A DNA stretch of 64,000 nt from Myxococcota bacterium (GCA_023150835.1 JAKLKB010000043.1:1-64000), one strand, 5' to 3'; positions 29,616 through 39,596 are shown, counted from the first letter of the stretch. Program-made: numbers and translations. The notes: generated by a model from the sequence alone, not told the origin.

Positions 29616-29818
29616 GAAGCGGCCCGAGCGCTGAAACAGCCGATGCCCACCCACAAAGGATGTCAGATACTTGCAAGCACTTTCCTCTTGCGCTATGAAG
29701 AGGCATCCCTTGGTGGTCTCTCGACACGGCATGGCTTCACAAGTACGACCCCACAAACGATATCTCATTCAACTCCCTAGACAATCGAGGGTTTGGATTC
29801 TTTTGCAAGGAGAGGTGT

Positions 29819-32800
29819 GTGGTGATCTTCCCAGAAATCAAAGCAGGGATGCGCATCGGTCGCGACCCCGACGAGCAGAAGAAACAGTATGTCCTTGAAA
29901 AACCTTTGGGGGACGGTGGACAAGCCCAAGTCTGGCGAGCCAAAAAGTACGGAGATCGGGGGTTTTATACCGAAGTCGCTCTCAAGCTGCTCGATCCTTC
30001 CCCTGCACCCGGCTACACCCCCGAAAAGATGGAAAGCCTCTTCTTCTCCGAGGCGATGGTCACCAGCCGCCTCCAAAACTCTGAATTCTTCGTCAAAGTC
30101 CACGATGCTTTCCGCGATCCCACCCGCAATCTCTTTGGCATCGAGATGGAGATCTTGTACGGCCTCGATTTCCAAAAACTTGCCGAATTTTACGCCACCT
30201 CTGGCCTTCCTCTCGTCCCCTTGCATCATCCGCCCTCTCTGCGCAAAAAGCCCTCTCACAAAGCTGCCTTGCCTTGGCAGGTCGTCTTCTCTCTTTTTTC
30301 TCAAGTCTTTCAAGGTCTTGCCTATGCGCACACCGCAAAAGACTCCGATGGCAAGCCCCTCAATCTGATCCACCGCGATATCAAGCCACCCAACCTCATG
30401 CTCTGTCACAATGGCCGCATCAAGATCATCGATCTCGGTATCGCCCGATGGGATCAGCGCGATGAAGCGATCGCTACCCATGACTCCTCTAGCAAAGGCA
30501 CCGTCGGCTATCTCGCTCCCGAGATCATCCTCGCCAACGACGGCAAATCCACCCCTTCTTCCCAAGCCTCTCCTCAAAGCGACTTATTCTCCGCAGGCGT
30601 CGTTCTTTACGAACTGCTCACGTCCTTTCCTGCCCTCACCAAAGGGTATCTCTGGGAATATCTGATGGATATCGGCCAACTCGACACCCATCCGCCCGTC
30701 CATCCCTGCGAGATCGTTCCCTCTCTTCCTCGTGACGCTGGCCTGCTCGTTCTCCAACTCCTCAAAAAGAATCCTCGCGAACGCCCCGTCAGCGCCCACG
30801 AAACCTTCTCCATGATCAATCACATCCTCCGCCACCACAAAGCCTACATGAGCAGCGATGACCTTCAACATTGGTTTGCTCAAGTCCGTGGCGAACACAC
30901 CACGCCTCCTCCTCGCACCGCCCATTACGACGCCTCCACCCTACAAGCCGCCGCTCGACTCGCACAACAACACGATGCCCCCATCCCTCCCCTACACCCT
31001 CTTGCTTCCTCTTCTTCCCTTTCCTCCGAACACCCTCTTGCTTCCTCTTCTTCCCTTTCCTCCGAACACTCTCTTGCTTCCTCTTCTTCTCTTTCTACCG
31101 AACAGGCTCGCATCGAGACCGCTCATCTCGATGATCACTCCCTTTCTTTTCTGCGCAAAGATCTCTCCGCACCTTCTCCTTCTTCTGAGCGCCTCCCTTC
31201 CCCCCGTCCTTCCGACTCTTCCCTTGCCCTCTCTCCTCTCTCCGTCGATGATTCCTTGCTCGATCCCGCTTACTTCGATGAGCCTTCTCGCTCTCTCCTT
31301 CGCAAAAATCCCCCTGCTGCGGCTTCTTCCACTTCTTCCCGTCCTTCCACTTCGCCTTCTTCAGCCACTTCCTCCGCTCCATCCGCACAGCCCACCTCGC
31401 CTACCTCGCCCACAAGCGTTGCTTCCGCTACATCTTCCGCCACTTCGACGCTTTCCGCTCCTTCTTCTCCCACTCCTTCCTCCCAAGACGCCGCCTATTA
31501 CGCGCCCACTGTCTTGCGCATCCCTTCTCCTTTGCTTGATGCTCCCACTGACCTCCTTGTCCAAGAGCGCCATCTCCTCGCCACCGACGCCTCTTTTGAC
31601 CACGACGCTCCTTTGCTTTCCCATCCCGATCTCAAGCCTTATACGCCCAAAACTCCCAAGTCTTCCCCCGATCCTCGACTTAAGACTTTTTCTCAACCGC
31701 TCCCCGACGAACTTTCCGCTGCTTCCAGCCAAGACGCCCTCGATGCTTTGTCTATGCGCCCCCCCACCGGCATCCTCGTCGGTGTCGAGGGCCGCGAGTT
31801 GCTCCTTCAAGCCATCGAAGAAGCCAACCTCCGTATGCCCACACAACAGGACATCCGCCTCCCTTCTTCTCACCTACCTGCTTTTCCCGATAATTCCGCC
31901 CTTCCCAACGCCCTCTCCTCTTCCCAATCCGCAAATGCCCTTCCCAACGCCCTCTCCTCTTCCCAATCCGCAAATGCCCGTCCCAACGCCATCTCCTCTT
32001 CCGTCGCCGAACCGACCGCACACACCAAGACTTCCCACGAGAACACCTCCGTTGGCTCTTCTTCCCATCCTCTCGAAGCGACCGCCTCTTCCGATGCTTC
32101 CACTCCCACTCTTCCTACCTTTGTTTGGGTCGGCGGGCTTCTTCTCGCTTTCCTCGGCGTTGCCTTGGGCTGGATGGTCGTTCGGCAGCTTCTCCACAAA
32201 TCGACGCTCCTCCCCGATGATGCTGGCCTTCACGCTTCTGTTGCTCCCCATCCGCTCCGCGCTTCCCCCAACGCTCCCTCCCTACGCACCGAACCTTCTC
32301 AACGCACCGAGCCTTCCCTACGCACCGAGCCTTCCCTACGCACCGAACCTTCCCTACAGGCCGATCTGCGTACCGAACCACCTGCGCTCCGTCGCCGCGC
32401 CGCTGCTCGCCGCCCCTTTCTCCGGCGCAAACGCCCACAACATCGGCCTGTTCACGCTCTTTCCGCTCCATCCCTGCTTTCCCTGCCTCCCCGCACTCCG
32501 CCTACTCCGCCCACCACGCCCGAACCCCGCATCGCTATCCTTACCGTCCCTCAAACACCGCCCAAGCTTGTCTTGCGTGTTTTCGGCAACACTTGTTCAC
32601 TCTTTAACCAAGAACAAGGTTTCGGCCAGCGCTCCATTTACCGACTTACTCTCCACGAAGGCACGCATCACTTCCGCTGTATCAATCGAAAAAAAAACAT
32701 CCAGTGGCGTTTTCAGGCCCATCTCCGACTCGGCAAAACTTTCGAGATTCAAAAAGATCTCTCCACCGGCAAAATCTTTTTACTTTCCAACCCTTGGTCT

Positions 32801-32971
32801 GAGATCCTTCTTCAAGGCATCGGTGTTCTCGGGCAAAGCGGAGAACCTATTGAGCTTCCTGTTGGCCGCCATCGACTGCTTCTCAAAAAGCAAGGTAAAG
32901 ATCACCCTATCCAAAGCATTGTTGTGACTGTCCGCCCCAACGACGTCCTTCGGACCGTCGTTCGTTGGTAA
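29819..32971 (+). CDS. Membrane Ser/Thr protein kinase with Ser/Pro-rich linker and C-terminal PEGA-like domains
   Basis: LGDGGQAQVW, VALK, HRDIKPPN, DLG, GTVGYLAPE, SDLFSAG; TM helix; SNPWSEI...LPVGRH. Tandem repeats of 33, 39 and 18 bp. Confidence 0.92.
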   Translation: MVIFPEIKAGMRIGRDPDEQKKQYVLEKPLGDGGQAQVWRAKKYGDRGFYTEVALKLLDPSPAPGYTPEKMESLFFSEAMVTSRLQNSEFFVKVHDAFRDPTRNLFGIEMEILYGLDFQKLAEFYATSGLPLVPLHHPPSLRKKPSHKAALPWQVVFSLFSQVFQGLAYAHTAKDSDGKPLNLIHRDIKPPNLMLCHNGRIKIIDLGIARWDQRDEAIATHDSSSKGTVGYLAPEIILANDGKSTPSSQASPQSDLFSAGVVLYELLTSFPALTKGYLWEYLMDIGQLDTHPPVHPCEIVPSLPRDAGLLVLQLLKKNPRERPVSAHETFSMINHILRHHKAYMSSDDLQHWFAQVRGEHTTPPPRTAHYDASTLQAAARLAQQHDAPIPPLHPLASSSSLSSEHPLASSSSLSSEHSLASSSSLSTEQARIETAHLDDHSLSFLRKDLSAPSPSSERLPSPRPSDSSLALSPLSVDDSLLDPAYFDEPSRSLLRKNPPAAASSTSSRPSTSPSSATSSAPSAQPTSPTSPTSVASATSSATSTLSAPSSPTPSSQDAAYYAPTVLRIPSPLLDAPTDLLVQERHLLATDASFDHDAPLLSHPDLKPYTPKTPKSSPDPRLKTFSQPLPDELSAASSQDALDALSMRPPTGILVGVEGRELLLQAIEEANLRMPTQQDIRLPSSHLPAFPDNSALPNALSSSQSANALPNALSSSQSANARPNAISSSVAEPTAHTKTSHENTSVGSSSHPLEATASSDASTPTLPTFVWVGGLLLAFLGVALGWMVVRQLLHKSTLLPDDAGLHASVAPHPLRASPNAPSLRTEPSQRTEPSLRTEPSLRTEPSLQADLRTEPPALRRRAAARRPFLRRKRPQHRPVHALSAPSLLSLPPRTPPTPPTTPEPRIAILTVPQTPPKLVLRVFGNTCSLFNQEQGFGQRSIYRLTLHEGTHHFRCINRKKNIQWRFQAHLRLGKTFEIQKDLSTGKIFLLSNPWSEILLQGIGVLGQSGEPIELPVGRHRLLLKKQGKDHPIQSIVVTVRPNDVLRTVVRW

Positions 32972-32988
32972 GAGATGGAGGTTTTTTC

Positions 32989-33714
32989 ATGTTTTTCTTC
33001 AGGCTTTTTTGCCTGTTTTGCCTTCTTGTTTCCTGTACGCCTGTTTGGGCGGATGCTCCACTCAAAGCACTCGTTGAAAAAGTCGATAACCTCGATCCCA
33101 AGGCCATGACACAGATTGAACGCCATCTCCAAGACAGCGCACTCACACCGCAAAAACGCGCACAACTCTTACAACTCAAATCTGTCGTCCATCTCAACAA
33201 CCTCCGTATGACCGAAGCTCGCGCTGTTTTTGAACAAGCACTCGCTGCCGATCCCAAGCTTTCCTTGCTCGGCAACCTCAGCCCAAACAACCGTGCAAAG
33301 TATGAAGCATGGCGTACTGATTTCTTACAAAAACAAATTTCTCCGCTCCGCCGCCTTCCCCCTCCCAATACAGAACCCCGTACAATGGGCCGCGTCTTGT
33401 ACGGTGTCCTTTTGGGTCTTGGTGTTGCGGCTGCCGTTGCGGGCGGAATTACCAGCGGCCTTGCCAGCGCAAATATCGACGAATACAACAAATTACAAGG
33501 CGACCCGAACAACGCTAGAAAAAAGCTCGAATTGCACAACAGCGCTCAAACAATGGGCATTCTTGGGATTGCTTCGTTTGTAGCGGGCGGCGTTCTGGTT
33601 GTGGCGGGTGTTATCGTTGCTGTTCTCGTTGAAACTTCCCCCTCTTCTCGTCCTCCATCTACGCCTTTTCTTACAAAAAACGAGACCCGCGCTTTGTTTT
33701 TGGAGTCTTTTTAA
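32989..33714 (+). CDS. Secreted TPR-like protein with C-terminal hydrophobic helices
   Basis: GGAGG RBS; signal peptide; EARAVFEQALAADP; two Gly/Ala-rich hydrophobic segments. Confidence 0.75.
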   Translation: MFFFRLFCLFCLLVSCTPVWADAPLKALVEKVDNLDPKAMTQIERHLQDSALTPQKRAQLLQLKSVVHLNNLRMTEARAVFEQALAADPKLSLLGNLSPNNRAKYEAWRTDFLQKQISPLRRLPPPNTEPRTMGRVLYGVLLGLGVAAAVAGGITSGLASANIDEYNKLQGDPNNARKKLELHNSAQTMGILGIASFVAGGVLVVAGVIVAVLVETSPSSRPPSTPFLTKNETRALFLESF

Positions 33715-33761
33715 GTGCCTTTCTTTTTCCCCAGAGGCCACATACCAAAAAGGAGGTTTGT

Positions 33762-35594
33762 GTGATGACTTTTCCCTTTTCTGGGAAGCCTCGGGTCACA
33801 AGAATATCTCTTGCCGTTTTTGTTTTTGGGTTCTTACTTTTGCACCAAACGGCCTGTTTACCTCCTCCGCTCAGTCTCGATTGCGATTTCTGTTTCGACG
33901 GAACCTGCGGAGTCAACACGGGCTTTGTATGCAAAGACGGCTATTGTGTCCCTGAGAGCGACCCCAATCCCGCTCGCTGCAAAACTGAACTCCCTGACGG
34001 CGGTTTGGAAAAGACCGAACCCCTCGACGAGACCTCTCCCGAAGAGGCCACCAACCCCGAAGAGGCCGCAAATCCCGAAGAACCCACCTCTCCCGAACCT
34101 GAGCCTTACATCGAAACTGAACCCGAACGCCCTGAAACCCCCGACACTCAACACGTCCTCATCACCCTGCTTGAAGGCGATGATGATCGAGAGCAACCTC
34201 TCTCCTACCCCACCGGCACTTCCGCGCCTCCAAACGCCAAAGAAGCCAAATTCCGATTCCGCACTTCATGGCGTGTCTTCGGTGCAAACCTGCGCCGCAT
34301 CGACTCTTGGAAACTTCAATCCAAAGACAAATCTCAGACTTTTACTCTCAATGCTACCGACATAAAGGATACCGACATGAAACTCACTCTCCCTGCTGCC
34401 CTCACTGCGGGCTTTTTTACTCTCCTCGGACTCATTGGTACCACACCCACCGTTCAAGCCGAAGTTTACGTTCTCCAAGGCAAAGACGGCAAAGACGGCA
34501 AAGACGGCGCACAAGGCCCCAAAGGCGACACCGGCACGCAAGGCCCCGCTGGGAAAGACGGCCTCGGCTTCGATCCGACCACCGTCACCTTCGTCAACGC
34601 CCTCAAATCCGCTGTCTCCATCCAAGGCAGCACCCTCACCTTCAAAGCCGACACCATCACCGTCGACACAAAAACCTTCACCGTCAAAGGCGATACCAAA
34701 CAAACCACCCTCACACTCGACGACTCCGCCCAAACCATCACCCTCAAAAACGCCAACCTTCACATCCAAAGCGGTTCTGGCTCCACCGACGGCACCGTCA
34801 ACGGCTTTGGTAACCTGATCCTCGGCTACAACGAAGACGGTGGCACCGCAAAAACACGTACCGGTTCTCACAATCTCATCCTTGGTAGGGAACACAGTTA
34901 CACCGAACATTCGTCCATCCTTTCTGGCACCAAGCACACCGTCAACGCCCCCTACGCTTCCGCCATCGGTGGCTCTTCCAATACCATCACCAGCAATGCC
35001 CCCCACGCCGTTGCCATCGCTGGAGCGAACAATACCTTCGCTTCCTCTCGCACTGCTCTTTACGCAGCCTCTCTTGGCGGGGAAGATAATCAAATAAATT
35101 CCAACTACGCCGCCGCTGTCGCTGGACAAAATAACAGTAATACAGGGACGCATGCCGCCGCTGTCGCTGGACAAAATAACAGCATCACAGCGACCCATGC
35201 CGCCACTCTCGCCGGCGGTGGAACGGACGCGAACAACGACAAAAACACCGTTTCTCAGTCTCACGCGGCTGCTGTCGCTGGGCAAAAGAATACTGTCAAC
35301 GGTAAGAATGCCGCCGCTGTCGCTGGACAAAATAACACCGTTGACGGAACCCATGCCGCCGCTGTCGCTGGACAAAATAACAGTATCATAGGAACCCATG
35401 CCGCCACTCTCGCTGGCGGTGGAACGGACGCGAACAACCACAAAAACACCGTTTCTCAATCTCACTCGGCCATTCTAGGGGGGCAAAAAAACAACATCAA
35501 CGTGAGTTCAAAGGCTGCCGTCGCTGTCTGCGGTTCTTTTGGCGTCAACTCCACTCTTTCCACCTCTTCCTGCTGTGTTGGTACACCTCCATAA
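33762..35594 (+). CDS. Fibre-like surface lipoprotein 1 (Cys-rich N-terminus, collagen-like Gly-X-Y, beta-helical repeat tip)
   Basis: AGGAGG RBS; lipobox QTAC; GKDGKDGKDGAQGPKGDTGTQGPAGKDG; GNLILGYNE...GSHNLILG; 14-aa AAAVAGQNN repeats. Confidence 0.85.
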   Translation: MMTFPFSGKPRVTRISLAVFVFGFLLLHQTACLPPPLSLDCDFCFDGTCGVNTGFVCKDGYCVPESDPNPARCKTELPDGGLEKTEPLDETSPEEATNPEEAANPEEPTSPEPEPYIETEPERPETPDTQHVLITLLEGDDDREQPLSYPTGTSAPPNAKEAKFRFRTSWRVFGANLRRIDSWKLQSKDKSQTFTLNATDIKDTDMKLTLPAALTAGFFTLLGLIGTTPTVQAEVYVLQGKDGKDGKDGAQGPKGDTGTQGPAGKDGLGFDPTTVTFVNALKSAVSIQGSTLTFKADTITVDTKTFTVKGDTKQTTLTLDDSAQTITLKNANLHIQSGSGSTDGTVNGFGNLILGYNEDGGTAKTRTGSHNLILGREHSYTEHSSILSGTKHTVNAPYASAIGGSSNTITSNAPHAVAIAGANNTFASSRTALYAASLGGEDNQINSNYAAAVAGQNNSNTGTHAAAVAGQNNSITATHAATLAGGGTDANNDKNTVSQSHAAAVAGQKNTVNGKNAAAVAGQNNTVDGTHAAAVAGQNNSIIGTHAATLAGGGTDANNHKNTVSQSHSAILGGQKNNINVSSKAAVAVCGSFGVNSTLSTSSCCVGTPP

Positions 35595-35716
35595 CCCCTC
35601 CTCTCAAATAAAACACCGACCGCTCTTGACACCTGCCGTTGCCTCTGCCATCTCTCTCCACAGCGTCTGCTTTTTCTACCGCCCTTCACTTTTTTTCTTG
35701 ACATCACGGAGGCCCC

Positions 35717-37342
35717 ATGCCACCGCCCTTTTTCACGCACGCTCCTCCTTCCAAACCTGCAAACCACCGATACTTCGCCCTTTTCATCTCGACTCTCTTT
35801 GCACTCTCTCTTCTTCCCCTTCACTCCGCTTGTTTGCCTCCTGCTCCTCTCGACTGCAATCCTTGTCAAACCGACGGAACCTGCGGAGTGAACACGGGCT
35901 TTGTATGCAAAGACGGCTATTGTGTCTCTGAGAGCGACCCCAACCCTGCTCGCTGCAAAACCGAGCGCCCTGACGGCGGTTTGGAAAAGACCGAACCCCT
36001 TGACGAAACCTCTCCCGAAGAGACCACCAACCCCGAAGAGGCCACCAACCCCGAAGAGTCCGTCCACCCCGAGGATGGCGCTCCTCTTGATAACGAGCCT
36101 CTGCGCGAACAAGAACCTGAACTTGTGATCAAGGAAACCGACAAGCCTTACATTGCGCGAGTCAACGGCAATGGCACCCAACTCGATGTCAACGCCAAAG
36201 ATTCGCCTTTCAAACCCGACAAACCTCCCACCGCGCCTTCACCAAATCGCATCAAAGATGCCCTTGTCATCGAAGGCGCTCTGCTCGACCAGATCACACG
36301 ATGGACACTCACTCCCGCAGATCCCCAATCTTCCCATCCCACCCTTACATGGACAAACAACGAAATCACAAAGGGCCAAAACATGCTCACTCTTTCTTTT
36401 TCCAAAACAAAAACCATTCTGGCTGCTGGCTTGTTTCTTCTCACCGGCCTCTATGCACAAGGCAACGTTCAAGCACAAATCTTTGTTCTTCAAGGCGAAA
36501 AAGGCGAATCAGGGGCCAAAGGCGACAAAGGCGAGAAGGGCGACCCCGGACTCACCTCCTCCGAACAAACTCAACTCCAAGCCTTGTTGCCCAAGCTCAA
36601 AGCCAGTGGCAACAAACTGATCCTCACCGCCGACGAGATCAGCTTTGAATCCGCCGCTGGCAACGAAGCTGCCAAGCTCGTCATCGACAGCGCTAAAAAA
36701 GAACTCTCTTTTTCGAGCGGAACCACCATTTTTTCTTTCAACAGCACACAACTCACCGCCACCGCAAACCAAGTCAACGTCAACACCCCAAACTTCGAGA
36801 TCAAGGGAGCCAACGCGACCTCTCTCAAACTCGATGACTCTGCTCGTTCTATCTCCTTACGTGTCACACAGAAAAATGCGACCACTCAGGCCACCTTTTC
36901 TCTTGAAGGCGGCGATGCGAACGCCAATCCTGTTCCCCTGACCAAATACCCTCTCGCCACCTTTGATCGCACCAACGTCCAAGTCCAAAGTGGCGCTGGA
37001 AAAACGGACGCAGCCGTCAACGGACTTGGAAATTTGATTGTCGGGTACAATGAAAAGCGCTCTCTAGGAAACGTGGTCAAAACGGGTTCTCATAACGCCA
37101 TCATCGGCATGGAACATCACTATTCAAGTTACGGCGGCTTTGTTCAAGGCAAAACGAATTCCATCACCGATACGTTCGCGGGGGTCTTTGGGGGGTCAGG
37201 GAACACGGCGAGTTCCTCAGGAGCGGGGGTCTTTGGGGGGTCAGGGAACACGGCTTCGGGGGTTTTTCCGGCGGTTCTCGGTGGTGTTGGAGAGCTTGTT
37301 CAATGTGGGGGTGGCTCCACCGTTGCTGTTTGCCAGAAATAG
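35717..37342 (+). CDS. Fibre-like surface lipoprotein 2, paralog of 33762-35594
   Basis: GGAGG RBS; lipobox HSAC; near-identical N-terminal DNA; GEKGESGAKGDKGEKGDPG; GNLIVGYNE...GSHNAIIG; AGVFGGSGNTAS repeats. Confidence 0.85.
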   Translation: MPPPFFTHAPPSKPANHRYFALFISTLFALSLLPLHSACLPPAPLDCNPCQTDGTCGVNTGFVCKDGYCVSESDPNPARCKTERPDGGLEKTEPLDETSPEETTNPEEATNPEESVHPEDGAPLDNEPLREQEPELVIKETDKPYIARVNGNGTQLDVNAKDSPFKPDKPPTAPSPNRIKDALVIEGALLDQITRWTLTPADPQSSHPTLTWTNNEITKGQNMLTLSFSKTKTILAAGLFLLTGLYAQGNVQAQIFVLQGEKGESGAKGDKGEKGDPGLTSSEQTQLQALLPKLKASGNKLILTADEISFESAAGNEAAKLVIDSAKKELSFSSGTTIFSFNSTQLTATANQVNVNTPNFEIKGANATSLKLDDSARSISLRVTQKNATTQATFSLEGGDANANPVPLTKYPLATFDRTNVQVQSGAGKTDAAVNGLGNLIVGYNEKRSLGNVVKTGSHNAIIGMEHHYSSYGGFVQGKTNSITDTFAGVFGGSGNTASSSGAGVFGGSGNTASGVFPAVLGGVGELVQCGGGSTVAVCQK

Positions 37343-37538
37343 CCTACTCAACCACAAGCATTTCTCCTTCATTTTCAGTCCCAGACAACGAACTGCTTGA
37401 CGCTTTTTAGAAGGCGTGCCATAAAGACGAACGTCGCGCTTTTTTCCAATGTTCCAAAGGAACGCTCGTGTTTGCCTGTGCGCTGCCCTCTTCTACTGTC
37501 CACAGTTCCCCTTGTGTACGTCGTTTCAAAAAGTACGA

Positions 37539-37837
37539 CAAAGGGTATCTCTGGGAATATCTGATGGATATCGGCCAACTCGACACCCATCCTCCCGTCC
37601 ATCCCTGCGAGATCGTTCCCTCTCTTCCTCGTGACGCTGGCCTGCTCGTTCTCCAACTCCTCAAAAAGAATCCTCGCGAACGCCCCGTCAGCGCTCACGA
37701 AACCTTCTCCATGATCAGCCACATCCTCCGATCCATCCGCACAGTCCACCTCGCCCGTTTCAACCACGAACGTTTCGTCCTCTACACCTTCCGCCCTTTC
37801 CGCTCCTGCTCCTCCCACGCCTTCCTCCCAAGACGCC
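37539..37837 (+). pseudogene. Remnant copy of the 29819 kinase gene with an internal deletion
   Basis: 37539-37730 matches 30640-30831 (4 mismatches seen in 192 bp), then continues as a more diverged match to 31377-31492. Confidence 0.85.
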
Positions 37838-37845
37838 CGCCCCTG

Positions 37846-37966
37846 CGAAAGCCGTGTTCGCGGCACTCCAAGCGGCGCGGTCGTTGGTTTGAAAAACGCC
37901 TGCTCTTTCCGCCGATACGGGGTCAAGGGGCGCAAGTCCCTTGCGGGGCGTGGGGCAGCGCCCCAC
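37846..37966 (-). repeat. Family A repeat, copy 8
   Basis: GTGGGGCGCTGCCCCAC, CAAGGG..CCCTTGACCCCG, TTTTTCAAACC, GCGAACACGGC. Confidence 0.9.
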
Positions 37967-37981
37967 ACAACCGTCCGACAA

Positions 37982-38203
37982 CTATGCCTGTTTGTTTTGG
38001 AGGTTTTTGAGGGGGGGTGTTTCTTGTTGGACGACGACATGAGCACTCCGAGGCTCACGTGCAGGAAAAGACACCAATTTCTTGCCTGAAACACGTTGTC
38101 TTCGCAGAATGTCTTGAAACATAGCGTCTGCATCGTGGCCGAATTGGCTGGCGTATTCTTCTCTTAATGCGCGTGTCTCAGCGACAATAGGATCTTGCCA
38201 CAT
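37982..38203 (-). CDS. Small partner (putative antitoxin) of the PIN-domain protein
   Basis: MWQDPIVAETRALREEYASQF is the small protein type commonly found right after this class of PIN gene; it starts 3 bp after the PIN stop. Confidence 0.75.
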   Translation of the reverse strand: MWQDPIVAETRALREEYASQFGHDADAMFQDILRRQRVSGKKLVSFPAREPRSAHVVVQQETPPLKNLQNKQA

Positions 38204-38206
38204 CGC

Positions 38207-38545
38207 TTAACTCTCCGTTAATTCGTCTGGTGTGCAGATAATAGGGGGTTCATAACCCAAAGCCCGACAGGCATTTTCAATTTTGGGTCGGACGTGGGCA
38301 TTGGCAATGTGCGTGCAATTCCAAGTCAGCAGGTATTCGATGCCATGAACCGCTGCAATAGCCACATGAAATGCGTCCATTTCCGCTTTTTCTGGTAAGG
38401 CTCCACAACGAATTAGAGATTTTCCGAGAATTCGAACCTGCTCAGTTGCTTGCAATTCCATGATACCTTCCATCGCATCAAGGCGGCGCTTTGCTGCGTC
38501 GGGATGACCTAAGCTGGCTTCGGCAATAACAAACTCAGAGATAAC
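38207..38545 (-). pseudogene. vapC: PIN/VapC toxin gene, 3' fragment (codons 46-157)
   Basis: VISEFVIAEAS...DAFHVAIAAVHGIEYLLTWNCTHIAN...PIICTPDEL; no native start, begins at the attC crossover GTT. Confidence 0.85.
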
Positions 38546-38672
38546 GCTTGAACTGAGCGGCACCAAAGGCGAAACGACATCTCCAGCAAAGGATCAGGCA
38601 TCCAACCTGCCCGGAAATCGGTAGTACTCAAGCAACTTCGCCTTTGGTGTCCGCTCCAGTGATTTGTTCGCC
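38539..38672 (-). mobile_element. attC: Integron attC recombination site (134 bp)
   Basis: R'' GGCGAAC, 5-bp spacer, L'' ACTGGAGC ... L' GCTCAGT, 6-bp spacer, R' GTTATCT. 22-bp stem (38552-38573 with 38637-38660) has two extrahelical bases, T38650 and C38657 on the + strand. Confidence 0.9.
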
Positions 38673-39596
38673 ATTTATATGTATCCCTGTAAATAAACCC
38701 TCATCTAATCGTTTTTGAATAACATCAATGTAATTTTTTTCAATTTCAATGCCAATAGCCTTATAGCCGAGTTCAAGAGCAGCTACTAAAGTTGTTCCAG
38801 TGCCAGCAAATGGATCAAGCACTACATGATTATTATCGTTAGGTAAAAACAGATCAATAAGTTTTCTTATAAGAGAAATCGGTTTTATCGTGCAATGCTC
38901 ATCAAATTTCTCATCTCGCCCTTTCGCAAAGCCTTCCAATATATTAGATTGAAAGGAACCATCAGAAAGTATAGCTTTAAACGGACCCAATCCAGTTTCT
39001 TGTATCGTATTGATGTAGTTATCTATTAGAGGCTTTTGGACAACAACAATCGCTTCCCACTCATTTCTCAGACAGGTATGCCATCCATTCCATTCGTGAG
39101 CGTCTGAATCTCCGAGTTTAGCTAGTTTTTTCTCTATATTTAGGCCCTTTGGGATCCCAGCATGGCGTCTATAAACAAGAACGTCTCTCGCATAGAAGCC
39201 AGCATCCTCAAGGGCAATTTGAATATGAGCTAATGTTCTTGTACTACTAAAAACAGCAACGATTGCTCCATTTTTACACACGCGCAGAAGTTCATTTGAC
39301 CAATCTTTCGCCCACTCGATATACTGAACGACATTCTCCCTATTACGTTGATACCACCTTTCATTCCGAACACCACCAGCCAACCCACTTCCATAGGGAA
39401 TGTTTTTTACTAAAGTCGAACTATCTTGAATACGTTCTATTCGTCTCTGTATCTCGTCGTGATCCCAATTTCTGCCGATAAATTCGTAATTATAGGGAGG
39501 ATCTGTGATAACACAGGAAATACTATTCTCTTGGAGTAAACCTAAAAGCTCTCGACAATCACCATGCATAAGTTGCAATTGTTTTTTTGTACTCAT
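38628..39596 (-). CDS. Site-specific N6-adenine/N4-cytosine DNA methyltransferase, beta class
   Basis: TDPPY near the N-terminus; HCTIKP and LDPFAGTGTT near the C-terminus; ATGA overlap with the upstream gene. Confidence 0.93.
   Translation of the reverse strand: MSTKKQLQLMHGDCRELLGLLQENSISCVITDPPYNYEFIGRNWDHDEIQRRIERIQDSSTLVKNIPYGSGLAGGVRNERWYQRNRENVVQYIEWAKDWSNELLRVCKNGAIVAVFSSTRTLAHIQIALEDAGFYARDVLVYRRHAGIPKGLNIEKKLAKLGDSDAHEWNGWHTCLRNEWEAIVVVQKPLIDNYINTIQETGLGPFKAILSDGSFQSNILEGFAKGRDEKFDEHCTIKPISLIRKLIDLFLPNDNNHVVLDPFAGTGTTLVAALELGYKAIGIEIEKNYIDVIQKRLDEGLFTGIHINGEQITGADTKGEVA

Noticed and set aside
30640-37730. DGR template/variable repeat pairs (30640 vs 37539; 33897 vs 35873)
   Set aside because: Mismatches are not confined to adenines, most are synonymous, and there is no reverse transcriptase in the window.
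37375-38133. 252-aa minus-strand ORF and the overlapping 180-aa plus-strand ORF
   Set aside because: Both are chimeras of the antitoxin region, a family A repeat and the kinase remnant.
38546-38566. ORF-track start MVPLSSS for the PIN protein
   Set aside because: These codons are attC sequence; the real N-terminus is at 40408-40274.
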